From Verrucomicrobiales bacterium (GTDB lineage Bacteria; Verrucomicrobiota; Verrucomicrobiia; Verrucomicrobiales; V1-33), in contig JAQGPJ010000051.1 in NCBI GenBank assembly GCA_028293125.1, positions 68,036 to 132,035 on the forward strand: a stretch of DNA of 64,000 bases, written 5' to 3'. A program made the position numbers and the translations under genes. Position 1 is the first letter of the stretch. Every line of letters begins with the position of its first letter. The notes under the pieces were generated by a model. That model was not told the origin of the DNA. It was given only the letters and a program-made list of their open reading frames with translations, and did no database searches. Of this stretch, positions 44,152 through 53,265 are shown one piece after another.

Positions 44152-45198
44152 TCAGGGGACAGACTGGAGCCAGGCACCGGTTTCCGGCTGGGGCGGCGCG
44201 TTCAGCACCGATCCCTCCAGAAAGGGCTGGCCGGCGGCGAAACGGGTCAAATTCTCCGCCGTCACGCGGGCAATCTCCGTCAGAGCCTCGCGGGTCAGGA
44301 AGGCCTGATGGGCGGTGATCAGCACATTGGGGAAAGTCAGCAGCCGCATCAGTTCCTCATCCTGGAGGATTTCCCCGGAGTGGTCCTCAAAAAACAGCGA
44401 TTCCTCCTCCTCGTACACATCCAGCGCCACTCCTCCCAGCTTTCCTGATTTGAGCGCACTGATCAGAGCCGCCGTGTCCACCAGACGGCCGCGACTGGTG
44501 TTGACGAGACAGGCTCCGGGTTTCATGCGGGCGAAAGCGTCCCCATTCATCATGAAAAGCGACTCCGGAGTCAGCGGCAGGTGCAGGGACACCACATCAC
44601 TCCGCTCCAGCAGGGATTCCAGCGGCACATAGTCCACACCTTCCGCCGCCCCCCATTCCGGAGAGGGAAACGGATCGCAGGCCAGCATCTTCATGCCGAA
44701 TCCCCGGAGAATCCGAGCCGCGATCCGACCGATTTTGCCGGTGCCCACGATGCCCGCCGTTTTGCCGTGCAGGTCGAATCCCGTCAGCCCGCTGAGCGAG
44801 AAATTGTGCTCCCGCACCCGGTTGTGGGCCCGCGGAATGTTCCGCACCAAGGCCAGCAGCAGGGCCACCGTGTGCTCCGCCACCGCGTAGGGGGAATAAG
44901 CCGGCACCCGCGTCACCGCGATTCCCAGCTCCCTGGCGGTGGCAAGATCCACATTGTTGAACCCCGCGCACCGCAGCGCCACCAGCCGCACCCCGCCCTG
45001 ATGCAGCGCCCGCAGGCAGCCCGCATCCAGCCGGTCATTCACAAACACGCATACCGCGCGCGCTCCGACCGCAATGACGGCGGTGTCCTGCGTGAGCCGG
45101 AACTCGTGAAACCGCACCTCCAGCCTTTCAAAACCGGGGGCTTTCCGGAAATATTCACGGTCATAAGGCTTGGCATCGTAGAAGGCGACGGTGTTCAT
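44152..45198 (-). CDS. ldhA: D-isomer-specific 2-hydroxyacid dehydrogenase (D-lactate dehydrogenase-like)
   Basis: The ATG at 45198 starts MNTVAFYDAKPYDREYF. GFNNVDL...VPAYSPYAVAEHTVALLLAL is present. The NAD motif is GIVGTGKIGRIAARIL, and the protein contains NTSRGRLVD and ITAHQAF. Confidence 0.85.
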   Translation of the reverse strand: MNTVAFYDAKPYDREYFRKAPGFERLEVRFHEFRLTQDTAVIAVGARAVCVFVNDRLDAGCLRALHQGGVRLVALRCAGFNNVDLATARELGIAVTRVPAYSPYAVAEHTVALLLALVRNIPRAHNRVREHNFSLSGLTGFDLHGKTAGIVGTGKIGRIAARILRGFGMKMLACDPFPSPEWGAAEGVDYVPLESLLERSDVVSLHLPLTPESLFMMNGDAFARMKPGACLVNTSRGRLVDTAALISALKSGKLGGVALDVYEEEESLFFEDHSGEILQDEELMRLLTFPNVLITAHQAFLTREALTEIARVTAENLTRFAAGQPFLEGSVLNAPPQPETGAWLQSVP

Positions 45199-45330
45199 GG
45201 CGGAGGAAAGCAGCTTTACACTGAAGAGCAAACCCCAGGCGGACCCGCCAAGGAATTGCTGATCCTCCAAAAGCTCCCTGCCGGCTTGCGTTCAGGCCGT
45301 TTTTAAACGGCAACAATTCTTTTCAAAGTG

Positions 45331-48300
45331 TCATGGCCCGACCACCACCACTCCCGGGGCACCGGAAGTGGCTTTGACGCGGAAGAAGACCCGGGGCTTG
45401 TCGCTGTAAACCACCTGCGTGACGATGCTGCCACTGCCAGTGAGCACGGTGCTGGTGGGAACCCACGGCCCTGCGGATGCGTCTGCCTCCTCGATCACGT
45501 AGCTCTGGCCCGTGCCGGTCGGGAAGCGCAGGGCATACACTCCCTGCCCCAACGGGATGAAGTCACGCACTGTCAGCTGCCGGATGATGCAAACGGCGCT
45601 TTGCATGGACGGAGGTCCGGACTGCGGAGTGAAGTCCAGATAAAACTCCTCATCGGCCCCGGCTCCGCCCTCCGGGGATCCCACCACTTCGGCGACAGCC
45701 CATTTGACGGTTTCGCCGGGCGCGAATGTGAGGGTGGCCGGATCCAGCGGCGTGAAGTCCGCTCCCGCCACCGCCGTGCCCGCGCGCGTGGCCACCGTCC
45801 AGGACAGCGGCAGCGTGGACGGCGCGGAAAGGGACACCCTCACCCACACCTGAAACGGGCCGCCCGCCGCCGTCCGGGTCACACTTCCGGGCGTGAGCGC
45901 CAGCGACGGCTGGGCGTCGTCGTTTTTGATGATGCCGGTCAAAAAGGTGTTTTGCAGGAAGGCTCCGGCGGGACCGGAAAGCGTGAGGGTCAATGTTTCG
46001 TCGGCCTCGAAGTCCGCATCACCCCTCACGGCCACCTCCACGAAGGTCTCCGTCTGTCCCGCCGCAATCACCGCCGTGCCGGAAGCCCCAGTGAAGTCGC
46101 TGCCCGCCTGCGCCGTGCCGGCGACCGCAGCGTGGTTCACAGTCACCGCCTCCGGCTGCGCGTCGCCGATGAAAAGCCGGAAGCGCAGGGGCGTCACGCC
46201 TTCGTTCCCCTCGGCCACCTCCGCCGCCGCCTCTCCGCGGATGAGCGGCAGCACGCGCACGCTGAAGCTGCGGCTGACCGTGCTCTCCGGTCCACGTTGG
46301 CCGTCGTCGGCGGTCACGGTGACCACGGTGGAGCCGCTGCGGTCCGGCGCGGGCGTGAACTCCAGGTGGCCCGAGGACGCGAAGGCGTTGTAAATGACCG
46401 CCGGATGCGGAATGAGCGCCGGATTGCTGGAAACGGCGGTGACGGTCACCGGCTCCGCATCCCCCGCTCCGGGACTCACATCAGTGAAATTCACCCGCTG
46501 CGTCCCCCCGTTTTCCCGCAGCGCCGCCGGAGCCGTGATGGCCGCCAGCGCCGGAGGATCGTTGACCGGCGTGACGGTCACAGTGAAGCTGCGGCTGACG
46601 GTGGCATTGACACTCTGCCCGTCGCTCACCGTGACGGTGATCACCGCCGTGCCGGAGACGTTGGGCGCGGCAAGCAGGGTGAGGGTTCCGGAAGCCGCCG
46701 GGCCGCTGTAGCTGATGGCGGGATGCGGAATGAGCGTGGGATTGCTCGAAACCGCCATGACGGTGAGGGACTGCCCGCTTTCGCCCGGCCCGGCGCTCAG
46801 CCCTGTGAAATTGACGGTCCGGGCACCTGAGTCCTCCGGAAGCGGCGCTGGACCGGTGATGGCATCAAGCGTTGGCGGATCGTTGACCGGCAGCACAGTG
46901 ACAATAAAGCTCCGGGTCACGGTGTTGTTCAACGCCTGTCCGTCGCTGAACCTCACGGTGATCGTCGCCGTGCCGGAGGCGTTGGGCGCGGAGGTATAGG
47001 TTAGCGTGCCGGTGGCCGACGAACCGTCATGAATGATCATTGGATCCGGAATGAGCGCGGGATTGCTGGAGACCGCCGTGACCGTGAGCGGCTGCCCATT
47101 CTCCTCCGGTCCGGCTCCGAGACCCGTGAGGTCCATCGTCCGCAGCCCGGCGTCCTCCTGAACCGTCACCGCCCCGATGGCGTCCAGCGTCGGCGGATCA
47201 TTCACCGGATACACCGTCAGGATGAAGGTGGCGACGGCGCTTTGCAAAGCGCCGTCATCCGCCGTCACGGTGACGGTGACGATACCGCTCTGGTTTTCCA
47301 GCGGCGTGAGGGTGACGGTGCGCTCCGCCTCCGTTCCGCCGAAGACAATATTAAAGGTCGGCAGCAGCCCCGGATTGGAGGAGGTGGCTGAAAGCGTGAG
47401 GCCCGCCGGCGTTTCGCCGTCCGTGACCGTGAGGGTGAGCACCGCCTGGCCGTCCTCGTCGATGGTGGTGTCCGCCAGTCCCGCGACCACCGGTGCGGTG
47501 TTCAGGCCATTTCCAGTTAGGGAAAGGATGAGCGGATTTTCGTCCGGATCCGTGCTCGCCAGATGAAGAGCCGCAGTTTTCAAACCTGTGGATCCAGGCG
47601 CAAAACGCACGGTGAAGGACGTGGCTCCACCCTGCCCGCCCACGGTGTCCGCAGGAGCCTGAACAAGGCTGAAGCGCACGGCGTCCGGCCCGCTGAAAGT
47701 CACCGCCAAGCCGCCAAGAGTCATCGCGCCGGTGTTTTTAACCACAAAGGAAAGCTCCGTGCTTTCCCCTGGCTTCACGCCTCCAAAATCCACCGATGCC
47801 CCGCCTGACAGCTCCACGCCCGTTCCAGCCCGCTCCACACGCAGCTCCGGTGCGGGCACGGACACGACCGAGGACGCGGAGGGAACTCCGTTTATAAAAA
47901 CCGTCACCATCGCGTGCCCCAAAGGAAAACCCGTGACTGGAGATGAGGTAAAGGACGTGTCCGTCCAACCTGAGGTCGGATCCGGCGGCAGTGAAACCGT
48001 CCGCCCGCCATTCAGCTGGCGGAGTTTCACCACGGGTGCCTCCCCGGGCGTTGTCCCCGTGAAACCCGAACCGGACACAACCAGCCTGCCGCTCCCGTCA
48101 AAAGCCGCTGAGGCGATCACCGGACGCGGCGCATCTTTGAAGGCGAATCCGGGGTCGAAGGTCTGGGTCCGGAAGGATGCCCACTCACCGCCGTTCGTCC
48201 GTCCGCCGGCAAGCAGCACTCTCCCATCCAGCAGCATCGAGGTGCCGTGATAGACGGATCGGCAGCTCCCGGCCAGACTCCAGGAATCCGTGACCGGATC

Positions 48301-50343
48301 GTAAATCTCCGCATTGCCTCCCGGACTGCCGGCATTCTCATAATGATAGCTTCCTGTTACTAAAACTTTTCCGTCGTGGAGCAGGACGGCACTTTGGGCA
48401 AGCCCCTCTGTGAGCATGGGAGCCGCCTGCCGCCAAGTGTTTGTGACGGGATCATAGATCTCCGCCACGCCTTTGGCGTTTTTATCATTATAATCCAATC
48501 CCCCGGCGAGCAGCACTTTGCCGTCCGAAAGCAATGTCGCCGTGCCCCCCCCATGGGGAAAAAGAAGAGTGCCGGCCGCAGTCCAGGCATTTGCTGCGGG
48601 ATCATAAATCTCAGCGCTTCGGGAAGCTGTTGAATCGCTATCGTCATTTCCTCCCAGCACCAGGACCCGCCCGTCGGCCAGCAGTGTGGCCTTGGGGCCT
48701 GTCCTCGCCACGGACATCGGGGCCGCCGCCCGACAGACGCCGGTGGCCGGATCATAGATCTCGGCGCTCGCCAATCCGGTGCCATCCTCATAATTGGTGC
48801 GGAAATACCCCCCGGCAAGGAGCACTTTCCCATCCGGCAGCAGCACTGCAGCGTGGCTGGACCTTTTGGCCAGAAGATTTCCCGAGGGAGTCCATGACCT
48901 TGAGACAGGGTCAAACAACGCAGTGGTGTTGGTCATGATGAGAACGTCCCAGTCCGTGTAACCTCCGGCGATCATCACCCGGCCGTCCGGCAACAGCACC
49001 GCTGAATGGCTGGCGCGCGGAGAAAACCCGGGAACGGAGGTCCATATGTCTCCAACCGGATCATAAAGCTGCGCATCGCCGAGGGCGGCATAATACCGCT
49101 TGGCGCCACCCGCCACCAGCACCCCGCCATCCGGCAGCAATGTTGATGAGGGGCGGTCCCGTCCCAGATTCAATGGAGCCGTTTCCGCCCACGGTGTGGC
49201 CGCCGCGGTGTAAAGCTCGCAGGAGGAGAGCGCGCCGTCAGCATTGTAGCCCCCCGTGAAAAGCACCCGCCCGCCGGGCAGAAGCGTGGCCGTGTGTCCG
49301 GCTCGGGCGGCTTTCATGCCGCCAGTGGCGGTCCATTTTACGCTGGCCTTGGTGTAGGTTTCCGCCTCCGCTATGGCGGCCCCCGCGCTGTTCAGTCCTC
49401 CGGCGGCCAGCACCCGGCCATCGGGAAGCATTGTCGCGGTATGCTTCGAGCGGGCGATGGACAGGGAGCCGGGGACAGGTTGATTGTATCCCTCTGCCAG
49501 CCGCGCGGTGGCCAAGGTCACATTCCTGACCCCGCCGGTCACCAGCACTTGATAGTTCGGCATCGGGGTGGCTGTGTGGAATTTCCGGGCCCGGTCGGAG
49601 GCGCCGGGACTGATTCCCGAAACCTCCCATCGCCCGTTGTGCGTCTGTTCAAAGTATAGCTGGTGATACTCCAGCACGGTGTTGTAAACCCCGTCGGAGA
49701 TGCCGCCGACAACGTATACTAAACCCTCCACCGCCGTGGCGGTGTGAAAGCTGCGCGCCTGGGTGATCAGGCCCGCATCCGTCCACGCTCCGGTGGCGGG
49801 ATTGTAAATCTCCGTCGTATCAAAGGAAACAGCGCCGTCGTCATCGGCGGAGCCTCCCACCACCATAACCGTTCCGTGCTGCATCAGTGTGGCCGTATGG
49901 TGCCGCCGGGCGGTCTCCATACTGCCCGTGAGGGTCCATGCTCCGGTGGCGGGATCGTAGAGCTCCGCCGAGGCCAGCGCCACCCCATCGGCCGAGCGTC
50001 CGCCGTTGATCAGCACCTTGCCGGTCCGCAGCAGCACCGCTGTATGCCCGCTGCGCGGAACCTTCAGAGAACCCGTGCCGGTCCACGCGCCCGTGGCGGG
50101 ATCATAAATCTCCGCCGAACCCAGCGTGCCGTCATGGTTCAAGCCACCCGCCGCCACCACCCGTGCGTCCGCCAGCCGAACCGCCGTGTGTTCCCTTCGT
50201 GGCGTGCTCATCCCTCCGGTAAGGCTGAATGTATCCGCAGCCATTGCCGCTGGGAGCAATAGTGGAAGGAACCACAGCACTGCCAGAATCGAGGGAAGGA
50301 AAAGCGGAAACAAGCAGCTTTGAGAAATACGGAAAGGCATCAT
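45331..50343 (-). CDS. Giant secreted surface protein with Kelch-type beta-propeller repeats, an IPT/Ig-like domain, a choice-of-anchor-D-like domain, 4 cadherin-like repeats, 2 Calx-beta domains and a C-terminal FFR module
   Basis: The ATG at 50343 (MMPFRISQSCLFPLFLPSILAVLWFLPLLLPAAMA) was chosen over the Arg-rich upstream extension to 50781. Many units of type R..HTA.LL.DG.VL..GG......L.S.E.YDP..G.W occupy about 48130..50230. VNDPPT-delimited repeats follow. The Calx-beta stretches are AVAGTAQAGSDFTGASGTAVIAAGQTETFVEV and TAVAGADFTPLDPATLTFAPGETVKW. Confidence 0.85.
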   Translation of the reverse strand: MMPFRISQSCLFPLFLPSILAVLWFLPLLLPAAMAADTFSLTGGMSTPRREHTAVRLADARVVAAGGLNHDGTLGSAEIYDPATGAWTGTGSLKVPRSGHTAVLLRTGKVLINGGRSADGVALASAELYDPATGAWTLTGSMETARRHHTATLMQHGTVMVVGGSADDDGAVSFDTTEIYNPATGAWTDAGLITQARSFHTATAVEGLVYVVGGISDGVYNTVLEYHQLYFEQTHNGRWEVSGISPGASDRARKFHTATPMPNYQVLVTGGVRNVTLATARLAEGYNQPVPGSLSIARSKHTATMLPDGRVLAAGGLNSAGAAIAEAETYTKASVKWTATGGMKAARAGHTATLLPGGRVLFTGGYNADGALSSCELYTAAATPWAETAPLNLGRDRPSSTLLPDGGVLVAGGAKRYYAALGDAQLYDPVGDIWTSVPGFSPRASHSAVLLPDGRVMIAGGYTDWDVLIMTNTTALFDPVSRSWTPSGNLLAKRSSHAAVLLPDGKVLLAGGYFRTNYEDGTGLASAEIYDPATGVCRAAAPMSVARTGPKATLLADGRVLVLGGNDDSDSTASRSAEIYDPAANAWTAAGTLLFPHGGGTATLLSDGKVLLAGGLDYNDKNAKGVAEIYDPVTNTWRQAAPMLTEGLAQSAVLLHDGKVLVTGSYHYENAGSPGGNAEIYDPVTDSWSLAGSCRSVYHGTSMLLDGRVLLAGGRTNGGEWASFRTQTFDPGFAFKDAPRPVIASAAFDGSGRLVVSGSGFTGTTPGEAPVVKLRQLNGGRTVSLPPDPTSGWTDTSFTSSPVTGFPLGHAMVTVFINGVPSASSVVSVPAPELRVERAGTGVELSGGASVDFGGVKPGESTELSFVVKNTGAMTLGGLAVTFSGPDAVRFSLVQAPADTVGGQGGATSFTVRFAPGSTGLKTAALHLASTDPDENPLILSLTGNGLNTAPVVAGLADTTIDEDGQAVLTLTVTDGETPAGLTLSATSSNPGLLPTFNIVFGGTEAERTVTLTPLENQSGIVTVTVTADDGALQSAVATFILTVYPVNDPPTLDAIGAVTVQEDAGLRTMDLTGLGAGPEENGQPLTVTAVSSNPALIPDPMIIHDGSSATGTLTYTSAPNASGTATITVRFSDGQALNNTVTRSFIVTVLPVNDPPTLDAITGPAPLPEDSGARTVNFTGLSAGPGESGQSLTVMAVSSNPTLIPHPAISYSGPAASGTLTLLAAPNVSGTAVITVTVSDGQSVNATVSRSFTVTVTPVNDPPALAAITAPAALRENGGTQRVNFTDVSPGAGDAEPVTVTAVSSNPALIPHPAVIYNAFASSGHLEFTPAPDRSGSTVVTVTADDGQRGPESTVSRSFSVRVLPLIRGEAAAEVAEGNEGVTPLRFRLFIGDAQPEAVTVNHAAVAGTAQAGSDFTGASGTAVIAAGQTETFVEVAVRGDADFEADETLTLTLSGPAGAFLQNTFLTGIIKNDDAQPSLALTPGSVTRTAAGGPFQVWVRVSLSAPSTLPLSWTVATRAGTAVAGADFTPLDPATLTFAPGETVKWAVAEVVGSPEGGAGADEEFYLDFTPQSGPPSMQSAVCIIRQLTVRDFIPLGQGVYALRFPTGTGQSYVIEEADASAGPWVPTSTVLTGSGSIVTQVVYSDKPRVFFRVKATSGAPGVVVVGP
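46250..47510 (-). repeat. Four tandem intragenic repeats of about 106 codons (cadherin-like / VNDPP-delimited), period about 320 bp
   Basis: VNDPP codons recur at about 46560, 46878 and 47197. The near-identical DNA block GGATGCGGAATGAGCG(C/T)GGGATTGCT (coding VSSNP(A/T)LIP(H/D)P) recurs at about 46410, 46722 and 47048. The antisense ORF track shows the same periodicity. Confidence 0.75.
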
Positions 50344-50594
50344 GGAGAAAACAGAAAAAATGAGCACAGAATCCGGTATTCGAGCAAAACACCGGAGCGC
50401 TGCCCGCAACACGGAATACAGCAATCCTGCCAAGGGGCGTGCTGTTATTCGAAATCCGGCGAAGCGCAAGCGGAACAACCGGAATGCCCTGCCGGACCGC
50501 CTATTGAACGCGGAACCGCCGTAATCCGGGTCACAGTCCGGACCTGGGCTGCGCCGCAACAAGCACTCCGGATAATGGAAAATAAAAAGCGCCC

Positions 50595-53090
50595 TTAAAA
50601 CCCGACAATATGATGTGCAGTGACATGCGTCAGCTGGGCGGCGGGCACATGGGGGAGTTCCCGACTCGGCAGATGGGGAAACTGCTCCTTCAATTCGGCG
50701 GCGCAGATGGTTTTGAAGCGCATCCAGCGGTCCCACTCCCAGTTCGGAGCCTCGCTGGCCTGCCGCAGGAGACTGACCCACTCCGTCAGGGCGCGCTCCA
50801 GATCCCCGGTGCCGATGTAGTAGGCGGGCGGGCCATAACGTCCCCGGCCGGCGATGATCTCTGCTGTGCCCTCGCCGTATCCGGCGGGCAGGCCGGCCTC
50901 CAGATAACCCTCGTAGTTTGCCGCGCCGTAGGTGCGCAGGGTCACCTGCGCCAAACGGGAACTGCCACCGGGAATGTCGGATTCCGTGAACCGGTGGCCG
51001 CCGCGCAGGTTGGCGATGTGCACCGCCAGGTCCACCAGTGGGTAGCTTTCATCCTCCAGCGCGGCAGCGATGGCCAAGCCCTCACCCCCTTGGAAGCAGG
51101 AGAACACCAGCCCCCGGCGGGTGGGGGTGCCGTCCTCAAGGATCAGGCCCAGCTTCCGCCAGGCGTAGACCGCGGTGTTTCCCCCCGCCCTGCGCAGGGT
51201 GCCGGCGGTATCGGTGTAGTCCCCGGCGGTCTCCAGCACCACGGTGCGCTCCTCCGGCGACACCAGCGCCACACCGTGCAGGTCCACATACACCGGCCAT
51301 TTCAGCGCGGCATAACCGATTTGGGCCGACAAAATCTCCTGCCTCTGCACCAGATTCACCACCGTGCCGCCCACCAGATGCGGGGTCAGCAGCGGCAGAA
51401 TCAGCTCCTCCAGCTCATCGCGGGCATACTCCTCGCCCACCGGGCGGCCGGTCATGTAGCGCACAGACTTGGTCAGGCTGTAACGCCCTGGCGTTCGCTC
51501 CATCGCCAAGGCAATTTCCCGGCCATAAGCGCCTCCCGCACCACCCGCCTCCGTCTTCAGGCGGCAGACCCGGCCCACTGGAAAGGAATCGGAAACAAAA
51601 TGCCAGATTTCCAGCACAGGCTCCAGCTGGTTTTTGAAGTGTATCCACGCCTTGCCCAGCTCCTCCTCCGTCAGACGGTCCCGGCGCTTCTCCTCCCAGA
51701 CATTGCGGGAATTGAGGATCTCCATCCGTGTCGGACCGAGACCGAACATGGCGTGCTGGTCGGGGCGGACCGTTTCCGCAGGACGGCGCGAGGGCAGCGG
51801 GCCCGCCCGCATCTCCGCGGGAGCCACCGGCACGGGAGCGGATTCGGTCTCAAATCCCAACACGATTTTCTGTTTGGAGAACAGCGCTGTGCAGAACCGT
51901 TCCGCGGCTTCAAACGGAGGATCCCCCCGCAGCCCCGCCCGGTCCATCACGCGCAGCAGCGTCGGCCAGTCTACCTGATTGGAGCGCTTCAGGAACCGGG
52001 CGCTGGCATCCATCAGCCGCGGACTGCGGTTGGAGACAATGACATATCCGGTGTCATCCAGTCCCCGGCGGCCCGCGCGGCCAAACATCTGCAGCAGCTC
52101 ATCCGGTGCCAGATCGCGTTCGGTCTGGCCGTCAAAATAACGGGTGTCGGCCACGATCACGGAGCGCATGGAGAAATTAATGCCCGCCGCCAGGCCCATG
52201 GTGGCGACCACCACGCGCAGTTGTCCGGCTTTGGCCAGCGGCTCAATAATGCCCGCGCGCTGCTGCCAGGACAGTCCGCTGTGGTGGCATCCCACCCGCG
52301 CCTGGAGCATGGACGTGAAATCCTTTCCCAAAATGTTCTCCTGCTCCCGCGTCAGATTCAGGCGGTCGGGCACCGGCAGACCTCCTGCAATCCCACGGGC
52401 GATTTTCTCCGCGTCCTTCCGGTGCGGAGCAAAGATCAGCAGCGGTCCCAGCCCGCTCATCAGCACCTCCGCCGCCAAGCGGGGCCAGTAGCCAGTGAGC
52501 TGTTTGGGTGCGCGGCGCCCCAGTTGCTCCACCGCCATCTCCTCCAGCGGCACAGGCCGCTCCCGCGTTTTCACAACCTCCACCTTCCGGCCGAGACGCT
52601 CCAGCCAGGCACCCACGTCTTTGGCGTTGGCCACGCTGCCGCTCAGCAGCAGCAGCCGCGTCTCCAGGGGGGCCAGGGTCATCACCATCTCATAGGCCAG
52701 GCCGCGCACCGGGTCAGCCAGCATCTGATACTCGTCGATCACCAGCACCTTGGGGCCGTCACCGCGCAGCATCCGTTCCCGCTGGGTCTCCAGGGTGGCG
52801 ACAATCACCGGCGCGTTGCCATTTTCGGAAATCTCCCCGGTGATGATACCGACCTGCCAGCCCTTCCGCTGCCATTCGAGGCGTTTGTCGTTGGCCAGGG
52901 CGCGGGTGGGTACAGTGTACACCATCTGCCCCTTGGCGAAGGTTCCACCTTCCACCAACAGCTCGAAAATGCGCGTTTTTCCCGCACCGGTAGGGGCATC
53001 CACAATCACATCGCGCCCGGCGCGGATACCCCGCACGGCTTCCTGCTGCCAAAGGTCCGGCAGCTGCAGATTCAGAGAAAAGCCGTTCAC
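50595..53090 (-). CDS. Superfamily-2 DExH/Ski2-like helicase with a C-terminal region of about 450 aa of unknown function
   Basis: The start codon is GTG at 53090, with no upstream in-frame ATG within the ORF. Motif I is DAPTGAGKT, Ia is TVPTRALANDK, II is VIDEYQ, III is LLSGS, and VI is QMFGRAGRRGLD. The C-terminal part has no motif I can name; it may be DUF3516-type (uncertain). Confidence 0.85.
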   Translation of the reverse strand: MNGFSLNLQLPDLWQQEAVRGIRAGRDVIVDAPTGAGKTRIFELLVEGGTFAKGQMVYTVPTRALANDKRLEWQRKGWQVGIITGEISENGNAPVIVATLETQRERMLRGDGPKVLVIDEYQMLADPVRGLAYEMVMTLAPLETRLLLLSGSVANAKDVGAWLERLGRKVEVVKTRERPVPLEEMAVEQLGRRAPKQLTGYWPRLAAEVLMSGLGPLLIFAPHRKDAEKIARGIAGGLPVPDRLNLTREQENILGKDFTSMLQARVGCHHSGLSWQQRAGIIEPLAKAGQLRVVVATMGLAAGINFSMRSVIVADTRYFDGQTERDLAPDELLQMFGRAGRRGLDDTGYVIVSNRSPRLMDASARFLKRSNQVDWPTLLRVMDRAGLRGDPPFEAAERFCTALFSKQKIVLGFETESAPVPVAPAEMRAGPLPSRRPAETVRPDQHAMFGLGPTRMEILNSRNVWEEKRRDRLTEEELGKAWIHFKNQLEPVLEIWHFVSDSFPVGRVCRLKTEAGGAGGAYGREIALAMERTPGRYSLTKSVRYMTGRPVGEEYARDELEELILPLLTPHLVGGTVVNLVQRQEILSAQIGYAALKWPVYVDLHGVALVSPEERTVVLETAGDYTDTAGTLRRAGGNTAVYAWRKLGLILEDGTPTRRGLVFSCFQGGEGLAIAAALEDESYPLVDLAVHIANLRGGHRFTESDIPGGSSRLAQVTLRTYGAANYEGYLEAGLPAGYGEGTAEIIAGRGRYGPPAYYIGTGDLERALTEWVSLLRQASEAPNWEWDRWMRFKTICAAELKEQFPHLPSRELPHVPAAQLTHVTAHHIVGF

Positions 53091-53265
53091 AGATGAGTCG
53101 GATTAAGGTGAAAAGTGTCAAAAAGAGGGATTTCCACCCAACTACGCCGCTGGACGGGGAAAAAGCGGAAATGCGCTCCATGCCCGCTGCGGAGAAAAGG
53201 CAGAGCGCCCTCCGCGGCCAGAAAAGGCCGGAGCATTATCCCGGCGCGTCCCCGCAGCCCGGCTT

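Noticed and set aside
45328-46830. 500-aa plus-strand ORF, and the periodic plus-strand ORFs at 46394, 46715 and 47029
   Set aside because: They are antisense to the giant Kelch/cadherin gene. Their periodicity simply reflects the coding tandem repeats on the minus strand. This is not a CRISPR-like array, because the units are contiguous with no unique spacers and they encode VNDPP-type domains.
50344-50781. N-terminal extension of the giant Kelch ORF (and similar long upstream extensions of the ORFs at 1750, 15359, 32296, 9186 and 7715)
   Set aside because: The extended parts are Arg/Pro/Gly-rich and lack signal peptides. In each case an internal ATG is followed immediately by a good signal peptide or a conserved N-terminus. 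Several extensions would also overlap the upstream gene.
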